Counted from the stretch's first letter, positions 1 to 9,511 are shown. The stretch is 64,000 nt of DNA from Thermoanaerobaculia bacterium (GCA_038250865.1 JBBSBW010000010.1:77256-141255), one strand, 5' to 3'. A program made the numbers and translations. Notes: generated from the sequence alone by a model not told the origin.

Positions 1-2
1 AG

Positions 3-332
3 GAGCGCCGACGCGGTTGGATCTTCCCGATCCTCTCCGCCGCGGCACGGCGCGGCTTTCCCGGCTGGACCGGCTACTGCGCGACCAAGTGGGGGCTCGA
101 TGGCCTGATCGCCGCGCTGCGCGAAGAGCTGAAAGGGAGCGGCATCCGCATCTCGGCGCTCTTTCCTGGCGCCACCGACACGCCGATCTGGGACGGCATG
201 CCGGGCGACTGGAACCGCGCGAACATGGTGCCGCCGAGCGAGGTCGCCCGCGCGGTCGGCTGGGCGCTCGACGCTCCCGAGTCCACCTTATTAGAAGAGA
301 TCCACCTCGGCCCCGCTGGAGGCGCGCTGTGA
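3..332 (+). CDS. SDR family oxidoreductase, C-terminal part (5' end outside window)
   Basis: Frame 3 translates ...ILSAAARRGFPGWTGYCATKWGLDGLIAALREELKGSGIRISALFPGATDTPIW..., with the SDR YxxxK and PGxxxT motifs; TGA at 330-332. Confidence 0.85.
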   Translation, partial: ERRRGWIFPILSAAARRGFPGWTGYCATKWGLDGLIAALREELKGSGIRISALFPGATDTPIWDGMPGDWNRANMVPPSEVARAVGWALDAPESTLLEEIHLGPAGGAL

Positions 333-1048
333 GCCCCGCGCAAATCGCCCTGCTGGCGACACCGCTGGTCGTGCTGCTCGCCTACGTCCCCGGCGGTATG
401 TGGCTGCTGCCGATCCTCGCGCCGCTCACGCTCTACCCAACGTTTCGAACCCGGGTGAAAGCGGGCGACGTGCGCGGCGCCTGGCTCGCCGGCATGACTT
501 GGGCGGTCCTGCTCTCGCTCGGCGTGATCGTCCTCACCCAGCTCGCGCCCGAGGCGGCGGCGCGCGGCATCTTGAACGGCGAGCCCTACCGCAAAGAGAT
601 GTTCGGCTGGATCCTGACCGGCGTCGCGCCGGAGAACTCGCCCCGCCTGTTTCTCCCCATCCACCTGCTTCACCTCAGCCTGTTCGTCCTGCTCACCTAC
701 GTCTCGGCCGGCTACCTGGGGCTCGTCCTCGGCGCCGCGCTCACCAGCTACATGAGCTACTTCGTCGGCTCCTACGCCGCGGCCTCACACCACCCGCTGC
801 TCGGCTCGCTCGTCGCCTGGGTCCCCTGGTCGGTGATCCGGGTCGCCGCCTTCGTCCTGCTCGGCGCCCTGCTCGCCCGGCCGCTCCTGGTCCGCCGCCC
901 CTGGCCCTTCGAACGGAGCGAATCGCGCCTCTTCGCCCTCGCTGGGGCCGGCATCGCCGCGGATCTCCTACTCAAAGCCCTGGCCGCCCCCGCCTACGGC
1001 CGCGCGTTGCGGTCGCTCGCCGGGGGAATCTTGGGGATCGCGGGCTAG
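329..1048 (+). CDS. multi-pass membrane protein, unknown function
   Basis: GTG overlaps the SDR stop (GTGA); about 7 hydrophobic segments. Confidence 0.7.
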   Translation: MSPAQIALLATPLVVLLAYVPGGMWLLPILAPLTLYPTFRTRVKAGDVRGAWLAGMTWAVLLSLGVIVLTQLAPEAAARGILNGEPYRKEMFGWILTGVAPENSPRLFLPIHLLHLSLFVLLTYVSAGYLGLVLGAALTSYMSYFVGSYAAASHHPLLGSLVAWVPWSVIRVAAFVLLGALLARPLLVRRPWPFERSESRLFALAGAGIAADLLLKALAAPAYGRALRSLAGGILGIAG

Positions 1049-1102
1049 ATTCGCGCGTCGGCTACAACGAATTCCGGCGGCCGTCCCCCTTTCGTAGGCC
1101 AT

Positions 1103-1855
1103 TTGCACACTCCTGAGCTAGGGGGTTCTCTCTTGTCTACGGAACAACGTCCGGCATCCTGGTTGATTCTCGGTCTGTTCGTGCTCCAGACGGTATTGCT
1201 CGGGCTGGTGGTGCTCCGCCTGCGCGGGGTCGAGCGAGAGCTGGCTGGGCTGCGCCGGAGTCTCTCGGCGGGTGCGGCGGGCGCAACTCTCGCCGGAGCT
1301 GCGCCGGTGGTGATCGAGGCCGGTGACGGACCCTCCCAAGGCCCGGCCGAGGCGCCGGTCACAATCGTCGAGTTCTCCGATTTCACCTGCCATTCCTGCT
1401 CGCAGCTTCAGCCGGCGTTGCGGGAGGCGCTCGCCGCGCGCGTCGGCAAGGCAAGGCTCGTCTTCCGCTACTTTCCGCTCGCCCCCGAGGGCAAGCCGTT
1501 CGAGCTGGCCCGTGCCGCCGAGTGTGCCCGCGCCCAGGGCAAATTCTGGCCGGCGCACGACCTGCTGTTTTCCGAGGCGACTGAGATTTCGAGCCTGCCG
1601 GTAGCGGTCGACCGGCTCGCCAAGCTAGGGCTCGATCGCGGCGCACTTGAATCCTGTCTCGCCGGCTCTGCGAGTGGCGAGAGGGTACGCCGCGAGGCCG
1701 AGGCCGGTCGCAACTACGGCGTCAATGCGACCCCCACCCTGTTCTTCAACGGCCGGCGCGTTGAAGGTGCCGTCTCGGCGGAAGAGCTGGAAAGCGCCAT
1801 CGACCAGGCAGAGACCGCACACGGCGCATCGAAACCGGCCGGCTCAAAGCCATGA
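1103..1855 (+). CDS. membrane-anchored DsbA/thioredoxin-like disulfide oxidoreductase
   Basis: N-terminal TM helix; GPAEAPVTIVEFSDFTCHSC (CxxC) and GVNATPTLFFNG (cis-Pro loop); start may be the TTG at 1133. Confidence 0.88.
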   Translation: MHTPELGGSLLSTEQRPASWLILGLFVLQTVLLGLVVLRLRGVERELAGLRRSLSAGAAGATLAGAAPVVIEAGDGPSQGPAEAPVTIVEFSDFTCHSCSQLQPALREALAARVGKARLVFRYFPLAPEGKPFELARAAECARAQGKFWPAHDLLFSEATEISSLPVAVDRLAKLGLDRGALESCLAGSASGERVRREAEAGRNYGVNATPTLFFNGRRVEGAVSAEELESAIDQAETAHGASKPAGSKP

Positions 1856-1947
1856 CCGCGCCCACTCCCTCTCCGGTGTCTCAGGCGTTCCGCGATCGGC
1901 CGTTCGGTCGATCGATCGAAGGTCAACCGTTCGAGAAAGGAAGTCCG

Positions 1948-2205
1948 ATGTCCATTCCCTCGTCGAAGTCGCACCTCGTCCTCCTGTCCGCCCTCGTCCT
2001 GTCCGCGTTGTTCTTGATCGGTCTCGCGATCGCGCCCGAGCCGGCCTATGCCTCCTGTGTCGATGGCCAGCAGCGCTGGGTAGTCACCGGCACCTGCTGC
2101 TATACCGGCTCGGGTGTCTTTGAGAAGCTCAAGCTGCAGTGGTGCGACCGCGGAGTCTGGACCAGCACGACCACCTACAAGTGCTCAGGTCCCTGCTCCT
2201 TCTGA
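1948..2205 (+). CDS. small secreted Cys-rich protein (6 Cys in mature part)
   Basis: RBS GAAAGGA before ATG 1948; signal peptide ending AYA; mature SCVDGQQRW...CC...C...C...CSF. Confidence 0.75.
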   Translation: MSIPSSKSHLVLLSALVLSALFLIGLAIAPEPAYASCVDGQQRWVVTGTCCYTGSGVFEKLKLQWCDRGVWTSTTTYKCSGPCSF

Positions 2206-2269
2206 GCAACGTTTCCGGCCGGGGGGCTCGCGCGTGCGGCGCGGCTCCCTGGGCAGGTTCCTCCGGTCT

Positions 2270-2350
2270 CACGGTGACGTCAAGAGCAGCTGGTCGTCGT
2301 CTAGGCAGTGCGAGAGCTTCGTCGATGAGGCGATCAACTTTCGCGTTCAT
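2270..2350 (-). pseudogene. truncated addiction-module antitoxin remnant
   Basis: MNAKVDRLIDEALALP resembles the N-terminus of addiction-module antitoxin components, then degenerates; TGCTAAACT extended -10 lies 6 nt upstream; left boundary approximate. Confidence 0.4.
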
Positions 2351-2393
2351 GCGTCAAGTTTAGCAGTCTTGACCAGCCGTCGGCACCGGCTCG

Positions 2394-2828
2394 TCAGCTT
2401 TCGGCCTCTGGAGGCCGCCTCAGCAGGCGGAGGAATTCGGACGGTTGAAGCATGGGAATTCCCTCGAAAGGATCGAGCACCCGAAGGTCATCGTCGCCTG
2501 TCACGATCACTTCGGCTCGACCCGCGACGGCGAGATCGAGGAACTTGTCGTCCTTAGGATCGCGGCATGCCGTGATGGTTCGGTTGGGTTGAACTCGCTC
2601 CCCTCTCAGGATCACGAGGGCGCAAACGGCTTCCGTTTCTTCAGCCGTGATGCCGTACCGTAGGACCATTCGCGATCGGCCGAGGACGTCGATCAGCTCG
2701 TCCAGAGTGGCGTCCGAGTAGAGGAAGACGAAGCGGCCGTCGCGGAGGAAATCGAGCAGAGGGCCGACCGAGCCGTGCGGTTTCAACAGGGCTCTTACCA
2801 GAATGTTGGTGTCTACAACAGCCCGCAT
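2394..2828 (-). CDS. PIN-domain toxin (type II TA)
   Basis: MRAVVDTNILV, CRDPKDDKFL and IVTGDDDL PIN motifs. Confidence 0.92.
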   Translation of the reverse strand: MRAVVDTNILVRALLKPHGSVGPLLDFLRDGRFVFLYSDATLDELIDVLGRSRMVLRYGITAEETEAVCALVILRGERVQPNRTITACRDPKDDKFLDLAVAGRAEVIVTGDDDLRVLDPFEGIPMLQPSEFLRLLRRPPEAES

Positions 2829-3109
2829 CAGCTCGGGAGCTCAGCGCGGGCGGCAGCTACATCGGCGGCGACCTCTTCTTCTGTTACGCCGGCAGTACGG
2901 CTCCGGATCCGATCTCGGACCTCTTCGAAACGACGAAGTACCTCCTCGCTCGACTGCTTGAGAAGGCGCTGGAATCGGTCGAAGGGAAGAATGACGGCCT
3001 CCGGGTGCTGACCGCGTGTCAATACGTACTCAACGTGATCTTCGGCAACTTCGTCGAACACGGAACGGAATCCCTCACCCAACTCGGCGGCAGCGACGGT
3101 CTTTTGCAT
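2828..3109 (-). CDS. Phd/YefM-like antitoxin
   Basis: VLTRGQHPEAVILP Phd-type motif; stop overlaps the toxin start. Confidence 0.8.
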   Translation of the reverse strand: MQKTVAAAELGEGFRSVFDEVAEDHVEYVLTRGQHPEAVILPFDRFQRLLKQSSEEVLRRFEEVRDRIRSRTAGVTEEEVAADVAAARAELPS

Positions 3110-3242
3110 CGGCTTCTCCTTTCGGGGGGCGACTTCTCTACAGCCTTCATTCTAGCCCTTCTGGGGTTTTCAGCTCCCCTGCCGTTGCCATAGCCTTCAA
3201 TCGCTGGCTGGGCGCCGACCTACGCGATTTCCCGCTATAGAG

Positions 3243-3485
3243 TTGAAATCGGCGATCAAACAGTCCCCGCGCGAGGCCGCGTTCCGCCGGAAAGGGGCTG
3301 CGTTGATCACCTTCCTCACGCTCGTGCTGGAGAACGGGTGGGATGCTTATGTGATTCCCGCGCGCGGCACTGCGCCCATCGACCTGCGACTCCAGGTCTC
3401 ACACGACGAGTGGCTGAAAGTTCACTCGGCCGTGCCGATCGAGATCGGCGAAGTCGATTTCGAGATACCTCGTCCGACCCCCTGA
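3243..3485 (+). CDS. hypothetical protein, possibly a gene fragment
   Basis: 80-aa ORF filling the intergenic gap with protein-like composition; no family recognised. Confidence 0.3.
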   Translation: MKSAIKQSPREAAFRRKGAALITFLTLVLENGWDAYVIPARGTAPIDLRLQVSHDEWLKVHSAVPIEIGEVDFEIPRPTP

Positions 3486-3541
3486 GCTTTTTCAGGTTCG
3501 GCTGGGCATAGACTCAACCCTTCCCAAGCGAGGTCCAATCC

Positions 3542-4390
3542 ATGGCGATCGAGAACGTCTCCGACACCGCGCGCTGGGTGGCGGTCTATCGGGCGATGGA
3601 GAGCGCGCGGCCCGATGCGATTTTTCGCGATCCGTTCGCGGAGCGGTTGGCGGGGCGGCGAGGCCAGGAGATCGTCGACCAGTTGCCGCAGGGTCGGGCT
3701 TCGGCCTGGCCGATGATCGTGCGGACGGCGGTGTTCGACGAGATCATCCGGGAGGCCGTCGCCTCGCGCGGGGTGGATCTGGTGCTCAATCTCGCCGCCG
3801 GGCTCGATGCCCGTCCGTGGCGGTTGCCGCTGCCCCCGTCTCTCCATTGGGTGGATGCGGACCTGCCCGGGATCCTGAACTACAAGACCGAGATGCTGGC
3901 GGGCGAGACGCCGGTCTGCCGCTACGAGGCGGTCACGATCGACCTCACCGACCTGGCGGCGCGGCGCGCCTTGTTCTCCCGCCTGGGGGCCGAGTCAAAG
4001 TGCACCCTGGTCGTCAGCGAAGGGCTGCTCATCTACCTCGAGCCCGAGCAGGTGGGTTCGCTCGCGGCCGACCTTCACGCGCAGCCGAGCTTTGCCGAGT
4101 GGCTGATCGACCTCGGGAGCCCGCAGCTGATCAAGCGGCTGGAGCGCACCTGGGGCAAGAGCCTTGCCGAGGCACCGTTTCGCTTCGCCCCGGCTGAAGG
4201 GACCGAGTTCTTCCGTCCCCACGGCTGGCGCGAGGCAGAATACCGGTCGATGTGGGAGGAGGCCGGGCGGCTCCACCGCTCGATGAAAGGCGCCTGGTTC
4301 TGGAACCTGATCGGCCGGATGATGCCGAAAAAGACCCGCGACGCGTTCCGGCGGTTTTCAGGGATCGTGCGGTTCGAGCGGACTGCCTGA
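3542..4390 (+). CDS. class I SAM-dependent methyltransferase (leucine carboxyl methyltransferase-like)
   Basis: VSDTARWVAVYRAMES, DPFAERLAG, VLNLAAGLDARPWRL and SEGLLIYL motifs. Confidence 0.9.
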   Translation: MAIENVSDTARWVAVYRAMESARPDAIFRDPFAERLAGRRGQEIVDQLPQGRASAWPMIVRTAVFDEIIREAVASRGVDLVLNLAAGLDARPWRLPLPPSLHWVDADLPGILNYKTEMLAGETPVCRYEAVTIDLTDLAARRALFSRLGAESKCTLVVSEGLLIYLEPEQVGSLAADLHAQPSFAEWLIDLGSPQLIKRLERTWGKSLAEAPFRFAPAEGTEFFRPHGWREAEYRSMWEEAGRLHRSMKGAWFWNLIGRMMPKKTRDAFRRFSGIVRFERTA

Positions 4391-4441
4391 GACCCGAGGT
4401 CACGAACTGCCCTTTCCGCTGCCGTGCGGTACGATGGCGCC

Positions 4442-4555
4442 ATGCGGCAGGTATTCGCAGATCCTAAAACCGACTTCGTCTTCAAACGCATCTTCGGCAG
4501 CGAACCGCACAAGCCGCTTCTCATCGAGCTGCTCAACTCGGCGCTGGAGCTGAAG
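4442..4555 (+). pseudogene. 5' fragment of Rpn-family PD-(D/E)XK nuclease
   Basis: MRQVFADPKTDFVFKRIFGSEPHKPLLIELLNS matches the start of the full gene at 39692; homology stops after about 37 codons. Confidence 0.85.
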
Positions 4556-4576
4556 CGGGCCCGAACGCGAATCACC

Positions 4577-5047
4577 TCACTTCACACGGTTCCCGGTGAA
4601 GGTGTCGGTGAAGGCGGGAGGCACACTGGTGGCACCGGGACCTAAGGGATCTTCGTCGGGGGCGAAGATGCGCACCGCGAGCGAACCGGCGACGTGGTTG
4701 CAGCCGTTGCCTACGGTTTCTAGAGAGATGTCGATGCGGGCGATGCTTGCGAGCGCCTTGTCGTCGTCGAAAACGAAGGCGAGCAAGATCCCCTTGGCGC
4801 CGTCGTTGCCGTCTTTCTTCCAAGTTCCCTGTTGGTTGGAAAAGTTGAACAGCGGCTGGGTCGAGGTGGTGCCTAAGAACGTCCCGTCGGCCGAGAGAGT
4901 CCAGAAATCTCTCGCGCCGCCCCCCTCCTGGGTCAGATAGGTTCCGGCACAGTTTGCCGGGAAGCCGTGGGCGAGGAGGGGAGCGGTCGAGCCGGCGAGC
5001 AGGAGGACGAAGGCGAGGAGGAGGGCGTGGACGAGCGTGGTTTTCAT
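4577..5047 (-). CDS. secreted hypothetical protein (beta-rich)
   Basis: AAGGAG RBS; signal peptide MKTTLVHALLLAFVLLLAGSTAPLLA. Confidence 0.75.
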   Translation of the reverse strand: MKTTLVHALLLAFVLLLAGSTAPLLAHGFPANCAGTYLTQEGGGARDFWTLSADGTFLGTTSTQPLFNFSNQQGTWKKDGNDGAKGILLAFVFDDDKALASIARIDISLETVGNGCNHVAGSLAVRIFAPDEDPLGPGATSVPPAFTDTFTGNRVK

Positions 5048-5100
5048 GAGCGGATTCTCCTTGAGGTCGTTAACCGGAACTTGACCGGATTTTTCCATAC

Positions 5101-5199
5101 TTGGGTTTAGGTACGCCGTGGAGAACGTTCCCCGACGCGCGGAGATTGGCGCGCAAACGCCTTCGAAGATCCTTCGAGCGAGGTAGGGCGACCGTGGCC
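5101..5199 (-). promoter_or_regulatory. copy 1 of a conserved ~99-bp upstream element
   Basis: 76/99 ungapped identity (manual count) to 7671-7769; lies 5' of the gene at 4577-5047. Confidence 0.6.
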
Positions 5200-5258
5200 G
5201 CCTTCCGAGGGAGGCGGCCACGATCTCTGGTCTTTCAGTGTCTGCCTTGAACTCGGCT

Positions 5259-7655
5259 CTACTGGTAAGTGACCACGAGCTGCGGTCGGTTGGCGGAAGT
5301 GCCGTTGTCGCCCGAGTAGTAGCCGACGTAGTCGTTGCCCTTGTCGTCGTTGTCGTCGAGGTTGAAGTAGACACGCAGCTGGGTCGTCCCGGTCTTGTTG
5401 AGGGTGGCGAGGCCCGCGGCGTTCAAATTGCCGGTCGACCAGGTGCCGTTGCTCGCCGCGTTGCTGAGGCTCGCCGACTGCACCGCCGTCGCCGTGGCCT
5501 GGAAGTCGCCGGTGGCCAGCGCCGTCGAACCCGAAAAGCCGCTGCCGCCCTGGACGTCCACCCAGCAGGTGCCGTGGGTGGTGAAGGGATTGGTGCCCGT
5601 GAGCGAGCCGCGCAGCAGCCGCAGGGTCACCGAGAGGATGGTCGCGCCGTCGGGGATCGACGAGGTGTCGAAGGAGACGACCGACTTGTACTGCTTGTCC
5701 TTGTTGTCGTCGCCCACGCGCAGGGCGCTGGTGTTGGTGGCGGTCGAGCTGATCGAGCCGCCGACGTTGCTGGTCTCGCTCGATTCGAGCACCCAGCCGT
5801 CCTGGGAGGCGACGGAGGTGAAGGTCACCTGGGTGGGAGGAGTGCCTGGGATGGTCTGCTCGACACAGTTGCTCACCTGAAACGGGCAGGTGCGGATGCG
5901 ATAGCCGTAGGTCGAGCCGGAGGCGACGGTCGAGTCCGTAGTCCCCGCGGTGGCGGTCGAGGCGATGCCGGCGAAGCTGCCGCCGCAGCCGCCGGCTGCC
6001 CGCTCGACCACGTAGTTGGTGACCGGCGGCACGTCGGCCCAGGTTAGCGTTACCTGCTGCGCGGTCGCCGTGGCGCTCAGCGAAGCACCCGCGGCCGGGC
6101 AGGCGTAGAGCGGCTCGGCGGTGTGGGCGATCAGCGCGATCGCCGCCTTTTCGGTCGGCCAGGAGAAATTCTGGTCGAACATCAAGGTCGTGCTGTTGGT
6201 GGGATAGAACTGGGTGACCGTGTCGCGGCAGGTCGAGCTCTGGAACTGGTCGAAGCAGGGGCAGATGTCGTTGTTGGTGAGGTCTTCGTTTAAGTCGATC
6301 GCGGTGACGCCGACGTTCCAGAACGGGCAGTGATCGGTCTGGCACATCTTGGCCGTGTTGCGCACGATCTTGGCCGGGTTGATGATGGTGCCGTAATCGG
6401 AGTTGGCCTGCACGAAGGCGTCGCCGAAGGCGACGCACGAGGGGCAGCTTGCGGTGCTCCAGTTGTACAGGTTCATCAGCCCGTTCTTGTTGCCGTCAAA
6501 AGCGGTCTGATCCATGTTCAGCACGCGCCACATCGGCGCGGTCGGGTGCATCCGGGTGTAGGCGGTCGAGCCGCACAGGCCGACCTCTTCGCCGGAGACG
6601 AACAGGAACTTGACCGGGAAGCGCCAGGCGTAGTCCTTGAACAGGCGCATCGCTTCGAGCAGTGCCGTGCCGCCCGAGATCGCGTCGTCTGCGCCCTCGG
6701 AGTTGTTGGCGTCGTTGGCGGCACTTTCCGAGATCGTGTCGTAGTGGACGAGGAAGATGACCTGCTGGTTCTGCGCGTAGTCGACCTGCGCGGGCAGCGT
6801 GAAGACCAGGTTCTGCCAGGTCTGCGAGCCCTGCCGGGTGGTACAGCCCGAGTTGGCCGAGGTGTAGCTCTCGCGCGCCGCGTTCGGCGCCGTAAAGCCC
6901 CAACCCGCCGCCTTGTCTTCCAGATACTCGCTGGCGAACGGATTGCCAAGCGGGCTGCCGGTGTTGTTGAGCGGGAACATGTAGTTGGAGGCGCGGGTGC
7001 GGATGCGGCAGTTGGTGCAGTAACCGGGGATGGTTACGTCGCTGTCGCCGGAAAGGTCGCGGACGAACTGAAACCAGCTCGCCTGGCTGGTGGCGTCGAC
7101 GATCTGCTGCACCAGCCCGATCGGGGCCGAAGGCGCGGGTGCGGCGAAGTCGAGCAACGCGTCGGCGGGGTGGACGCGGACGGGAGGCAGCGCGACGCGC
7201 GGCACGCCGTGGAAGAGCGCGTGGAACTTCGAGTGCGGCAGCTCCATCCGCAGCTCCGCGGGCAGGAGATAGAGAATCGCCCGTTCGTTGATCGGGAAGC
7301 GGAACACGCCCTTCCAGTCGGGCGGGCTGAAGGTCCGGTCGTAGCTCAAGACGTGGAGGGCTTCGCCGTGGTCCGGCGCGCTCCACCGCGGCTCGATGCC
7401 CGCGGCGCGCAGCGCATCGAGCTGGCCGAGGGAAAGCCCGGCGATGACCACGTCCTCCTCGCGATCCCAGATCGCGACCGAAGCCTTACGGAGGTTCGGC
7501 TCCAGGTCGCCCGAAAATACCGCGAGCCACGGCTCGCGGTCGATCTCCGCCGCCGCCGCTCCGGAGGCGGGCGCGGCTGCCGCGGTTGCAGAAAGCGTCG
7601 CGAGGCACACCAGTGCGAAGATGCCGGTCACAATCCTTCTCGTGAACGAACTCAT
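5259..7655 (-). CDS. secreted M28 family metallopeptidase with FN3-like and C-terminal DNRLRE-like domain
   Basis: Signal peptide; HYD, GADDAISG, GEEVGLCGS, NMD and TDH M28 zinc-ligand motifs; beta-sandwich C-terminus ending RPQLVVTY. Confidence 0.88.
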   Translation of the reverse strand: MSSFTRRIVTGIFALVCLATLSATAAAAPASGAAAAEIDREPWLAVFSGDLEPNLRKASVAIWDREEDVVIAGLSLGQLDALRAAGIEPRWSAPDHGEALHVLSYDRTFSPPDWKGVFRFPINERAILYLLPAELRMELPHSKFHALFHGVPRVALPPVRVHPADALLDFAAPAPSAPIGLVQQIVDATSQASWFQFVRDLSGDSDVTIPGYCTNCRIRTRASNYMFPLNNTGSPLGNPFASEYLEDKAAGWGFTAPNAARESYTSANSGCTTRQGSQTWQNLVFTLPAQVDYAQNQQVIFLVHYDTISESAANDANNSEGADDAISGGTALLEAMRLFKDYAWRFPVKFLFVSGEEVGLCGSTAYTRMHPTAPMWRVLNMDQTAFDGNKNGLMNLYNWSTASCPSCVAFGDAFVQANSDYGTIINPAKIVRNTAKMCQTDHCPFWNVGVTAIDLNEDLTNNDICPCFDQFQSSTCRDTVTQFYPTNSTTLMFDQNFSWPTEKAAIALIAHTAEPLYACPAAGASLSATATAQQVTLTWADVPPVTNYVVERAAGGCGGSFAGIASTATAGTTDSTVASGSTYGYRIRTCPFQVSNCVEQTIPGTPPTQVTFTSVASQDGWVLESSETSNVGGSISSTATNTSALRVGDDNKDKQYKSVVSFDTSSIPDGATILSVTLRLLRGSLTGTNPFTTHGTCWVDVQGGSGFSGSTALATGDFQATATAVQSASLSNAASNGTWSTGNLNAAGLATLNKTGTTQLRVYFNLDDNDDKGNDYVGYYSGDNGTSANRPQLVVTYQ

Positions 7656-7670
7656 TTAGGTTTCCCTTTC

Positions 7671-7769
7671 TTGGGTTTATGTAGGTCGCGGGGGACGTTT
7701 CTCAACGCGCGGAGATCGACGCGCACACGTCTTTGAAATCCTTTAGAGCGAAGCGGGGAGACCGTGGCC
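7671..7769 (-). promoter_or_regulatory. copy 2 of the conserved ~99-bp upstream element
   Basis: Matches 5101-5199; directly 5' of the M28 peptidase RBS. Confidence 0.6.
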
Positions 7770-7792
7770 TCTTGGCCGAACGCAGAGACATA

Positions 7793-7824
7793 GAAAGAAG
7801 GCCGGGCCCTTGAAGGACCCGGCC
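7793..7824 (-). terminator. probable intrinsic terminator of the YVTN gene
   Basis: GGCCGGG/CCCGGCC stem followed on the minus strand by TTCTTTC. Confidence 0.5.
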
Positions 7825-7855
7825 GGTGCTGACGTCGAGAAGTACGAGGGGCGGC

Positions 7856-9511
7856 CTATCTGCCGCAGGTCGAGTGAGCGGCGGTATTTACGGTCTGGAT
7901 CTTCTGGGCCAAAGTGATGCGCCCTTCCAGCCAGAAGGCGGCGGAAGTGACCGCCACGCAAGCCACGTACTGCCCGTGATTGCCCCACTGGTGGTTGGTG
8001 CCGAACGGCCCGCTGCAGGGGCAGAGCTGGGCGATCGAGCAGCCGGTGAACAGGCCGGTCGGCAGGCCCGCCGGGGTGAAGGGGCAGAGGTCTTGGCCGT
8101 TGGCGCGGCCATCGCCGTCGATGTCGCCGTCGCAGACGTTGCCCAGGTGGTCGCCGTCGAAATCGGCCTGGTCGGCGTTGGCCACCAGCGGGCAGTTGTC
8201 CACGCCGTTGCCGATTCCGTCGCCGTCGAGGTCGGCGTCGCAGGAGTCGCCGATGCCGTCATGGTCGAGATCCTGCTGGCCGGGGTTGGCGACCAGCGGA
8301 CAGTTGTCGCCCGTGTCGAGCACGCCGTCGTTGTCGTCGTCGGAGTCGCAGGCGTCGCCCAGGCCGTCGTGGTCGTTGTCCGCTTGGGTTGGGTTGGCGA
8401 TCACCGGGCAGTTGTCCGCCGTGTCGAGCACGCCGTCGTTGTCGTCGTCCGGGTCGCAGACGTTGCCGAGGCCGTCACCGTCGCCGTCGGCCTGATCGGG
8501 GTTGGCATCGACGGGGCAGTTGTCGAGGCTGTTCGCAATTCCGTCGAGATCGCTGTCGAGGGAGATAACGATGCCCCAGGGAGTTCCCAGGGGAAAGGTC
8601 GTCGACACGGTGTTCGTCGCCGTGTCGATCACCGAAATCGAGTTGCCGTTGTTATTGGATACGTAGGCGGAGGCCCCATCCGGAGTGATGGCGAGCGCCC
8701 GTGGAAACGCTCCCACCGGCACGGTGGCCACCACGGAATTCGTGGTCGTGTCGATGACGGACACGTTGTTGCTCGTGAGGTTGGCGACGTAGGCAAAGGC
8801 CCCGTTCGGCGTGATGGCGACGTAATCGGGAAACGAGCCGGCCGTCACGACGGCAATCTCGACCTGCGTTGCCGTGTCGATCACCGCAACGATACTGAAG
8901 TTCGCCAGGTAGGCGAAAGCGCCATCGGGTGTGAAAGCGATCGAGCTGGGTGCCGACGCCCCATGGCCGAGGGGAAAGCTCGTGAAGGTGTTCGTCGCCG
9001 GGTCGATCACGGACATCACAGCGGGAAATACCGGGGGGGTGAGATCGTTCCCCGACACCCAGATGGCGCTCCCGTCGGGTGTGGCGGCGAGAGTCTGGCA
9101 GAACAGAGGCAAGGTCGCGACCACCGTATAGGTGGCGGGGTCGATCACGGAAACCGTGCCGAGGTTGTTGTTGCAGGCGTAGAGGAAACCGTTGGAGGCT
9201 TCGGCGACGGCGGTGATGATGTTGCCGCCGGGCACGTTGGCGATCACCGTGTTGGTCGCCAGGTCGACCACCTGGACGGCGTTGTTACCCACCGAGTAGA
9301 GGCGGGCGCCGTCGCGGCTGACGGTGAGGTTGCGGTTGCCGGTTCCCGAGATGGTGTTGGTCACCGTGTTGGTCGCCGTGTCGACCACACTGATCGCGCT
9401 CCCGGTTGCCACGTACGCGTTGAGTTGAGCCTGGGCGGCACCGACACCAAGAGTCGTGGCCAGCAATCCGGCCAGAAGGCAGGTCGCCAGCTTTTTACGT
9501 ACATCTCTCAT
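7856..9511 (-). CDS. secreted YVTN/YncE beta-propeller protein with thrombospondin type-3 Ca-binding repeats
   Basis: Signal peptide; repeated AYVAN..SNNVSVIDTATN blades; repeated DNCPxxANPxQxDxDxDGxGDxCD units; C-terminal WGNHGQYVACV domain. Confidence 0.92.
   Translation of the reverse strand: MRDVRKKLATCLLAGLLATTLGVGAAQAQLNAYVATGSAISVVDTATNTVTNTISGTGNRNLTVSRDGARLYSVGNNAVQVVDLATNTVIANVPGGNIITAVAEASNGFLYACNNNLGTVSVIDPATYTVVATLPLFCQTLAATPDGSAIWVSGNDLTPPVFPAVMSVIDPATNTFTSFPLGHGASAPSSIAFTPDGAFAYLANFSIVAVIDTATQVEIAVVTAGSFPDYVAITPNGAFAYVANLTSNNVSVIDTTTNSVVATVPVGAFPRALAITPDGASAYVSNNNGNSISVIDTATNTVSTTFPLGTPWGIVISLDSDLDGIANSLDNCPVDANPDQADGDGDGLGNVCDPDDDNDGVLDTADNCPVIANPTQADNDHDGLGDACDSDDDNDGVLDTGDNCPLVANPGQQDLDHDGIGDSCDADLDGDGIGNGVDNCPLVANADQADFDGDHLGNVCDGDIDGDGRANGQDLCPFTPAGLPTGLFTGCSIAQLCPCSGPFGTNHQWGNHGQYVACVAVTSAAFWLEGRITLAQKIQTVNTAAHSTCGR

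Noticed and set aside
5101-5230. Known riboswitch (e.g. c-di-GMP-I) in the repeated leader
   Set aside because: I could not find the diagnostic GNRA/receptor and GCAAA-type consensus by eye; left as an unknown element
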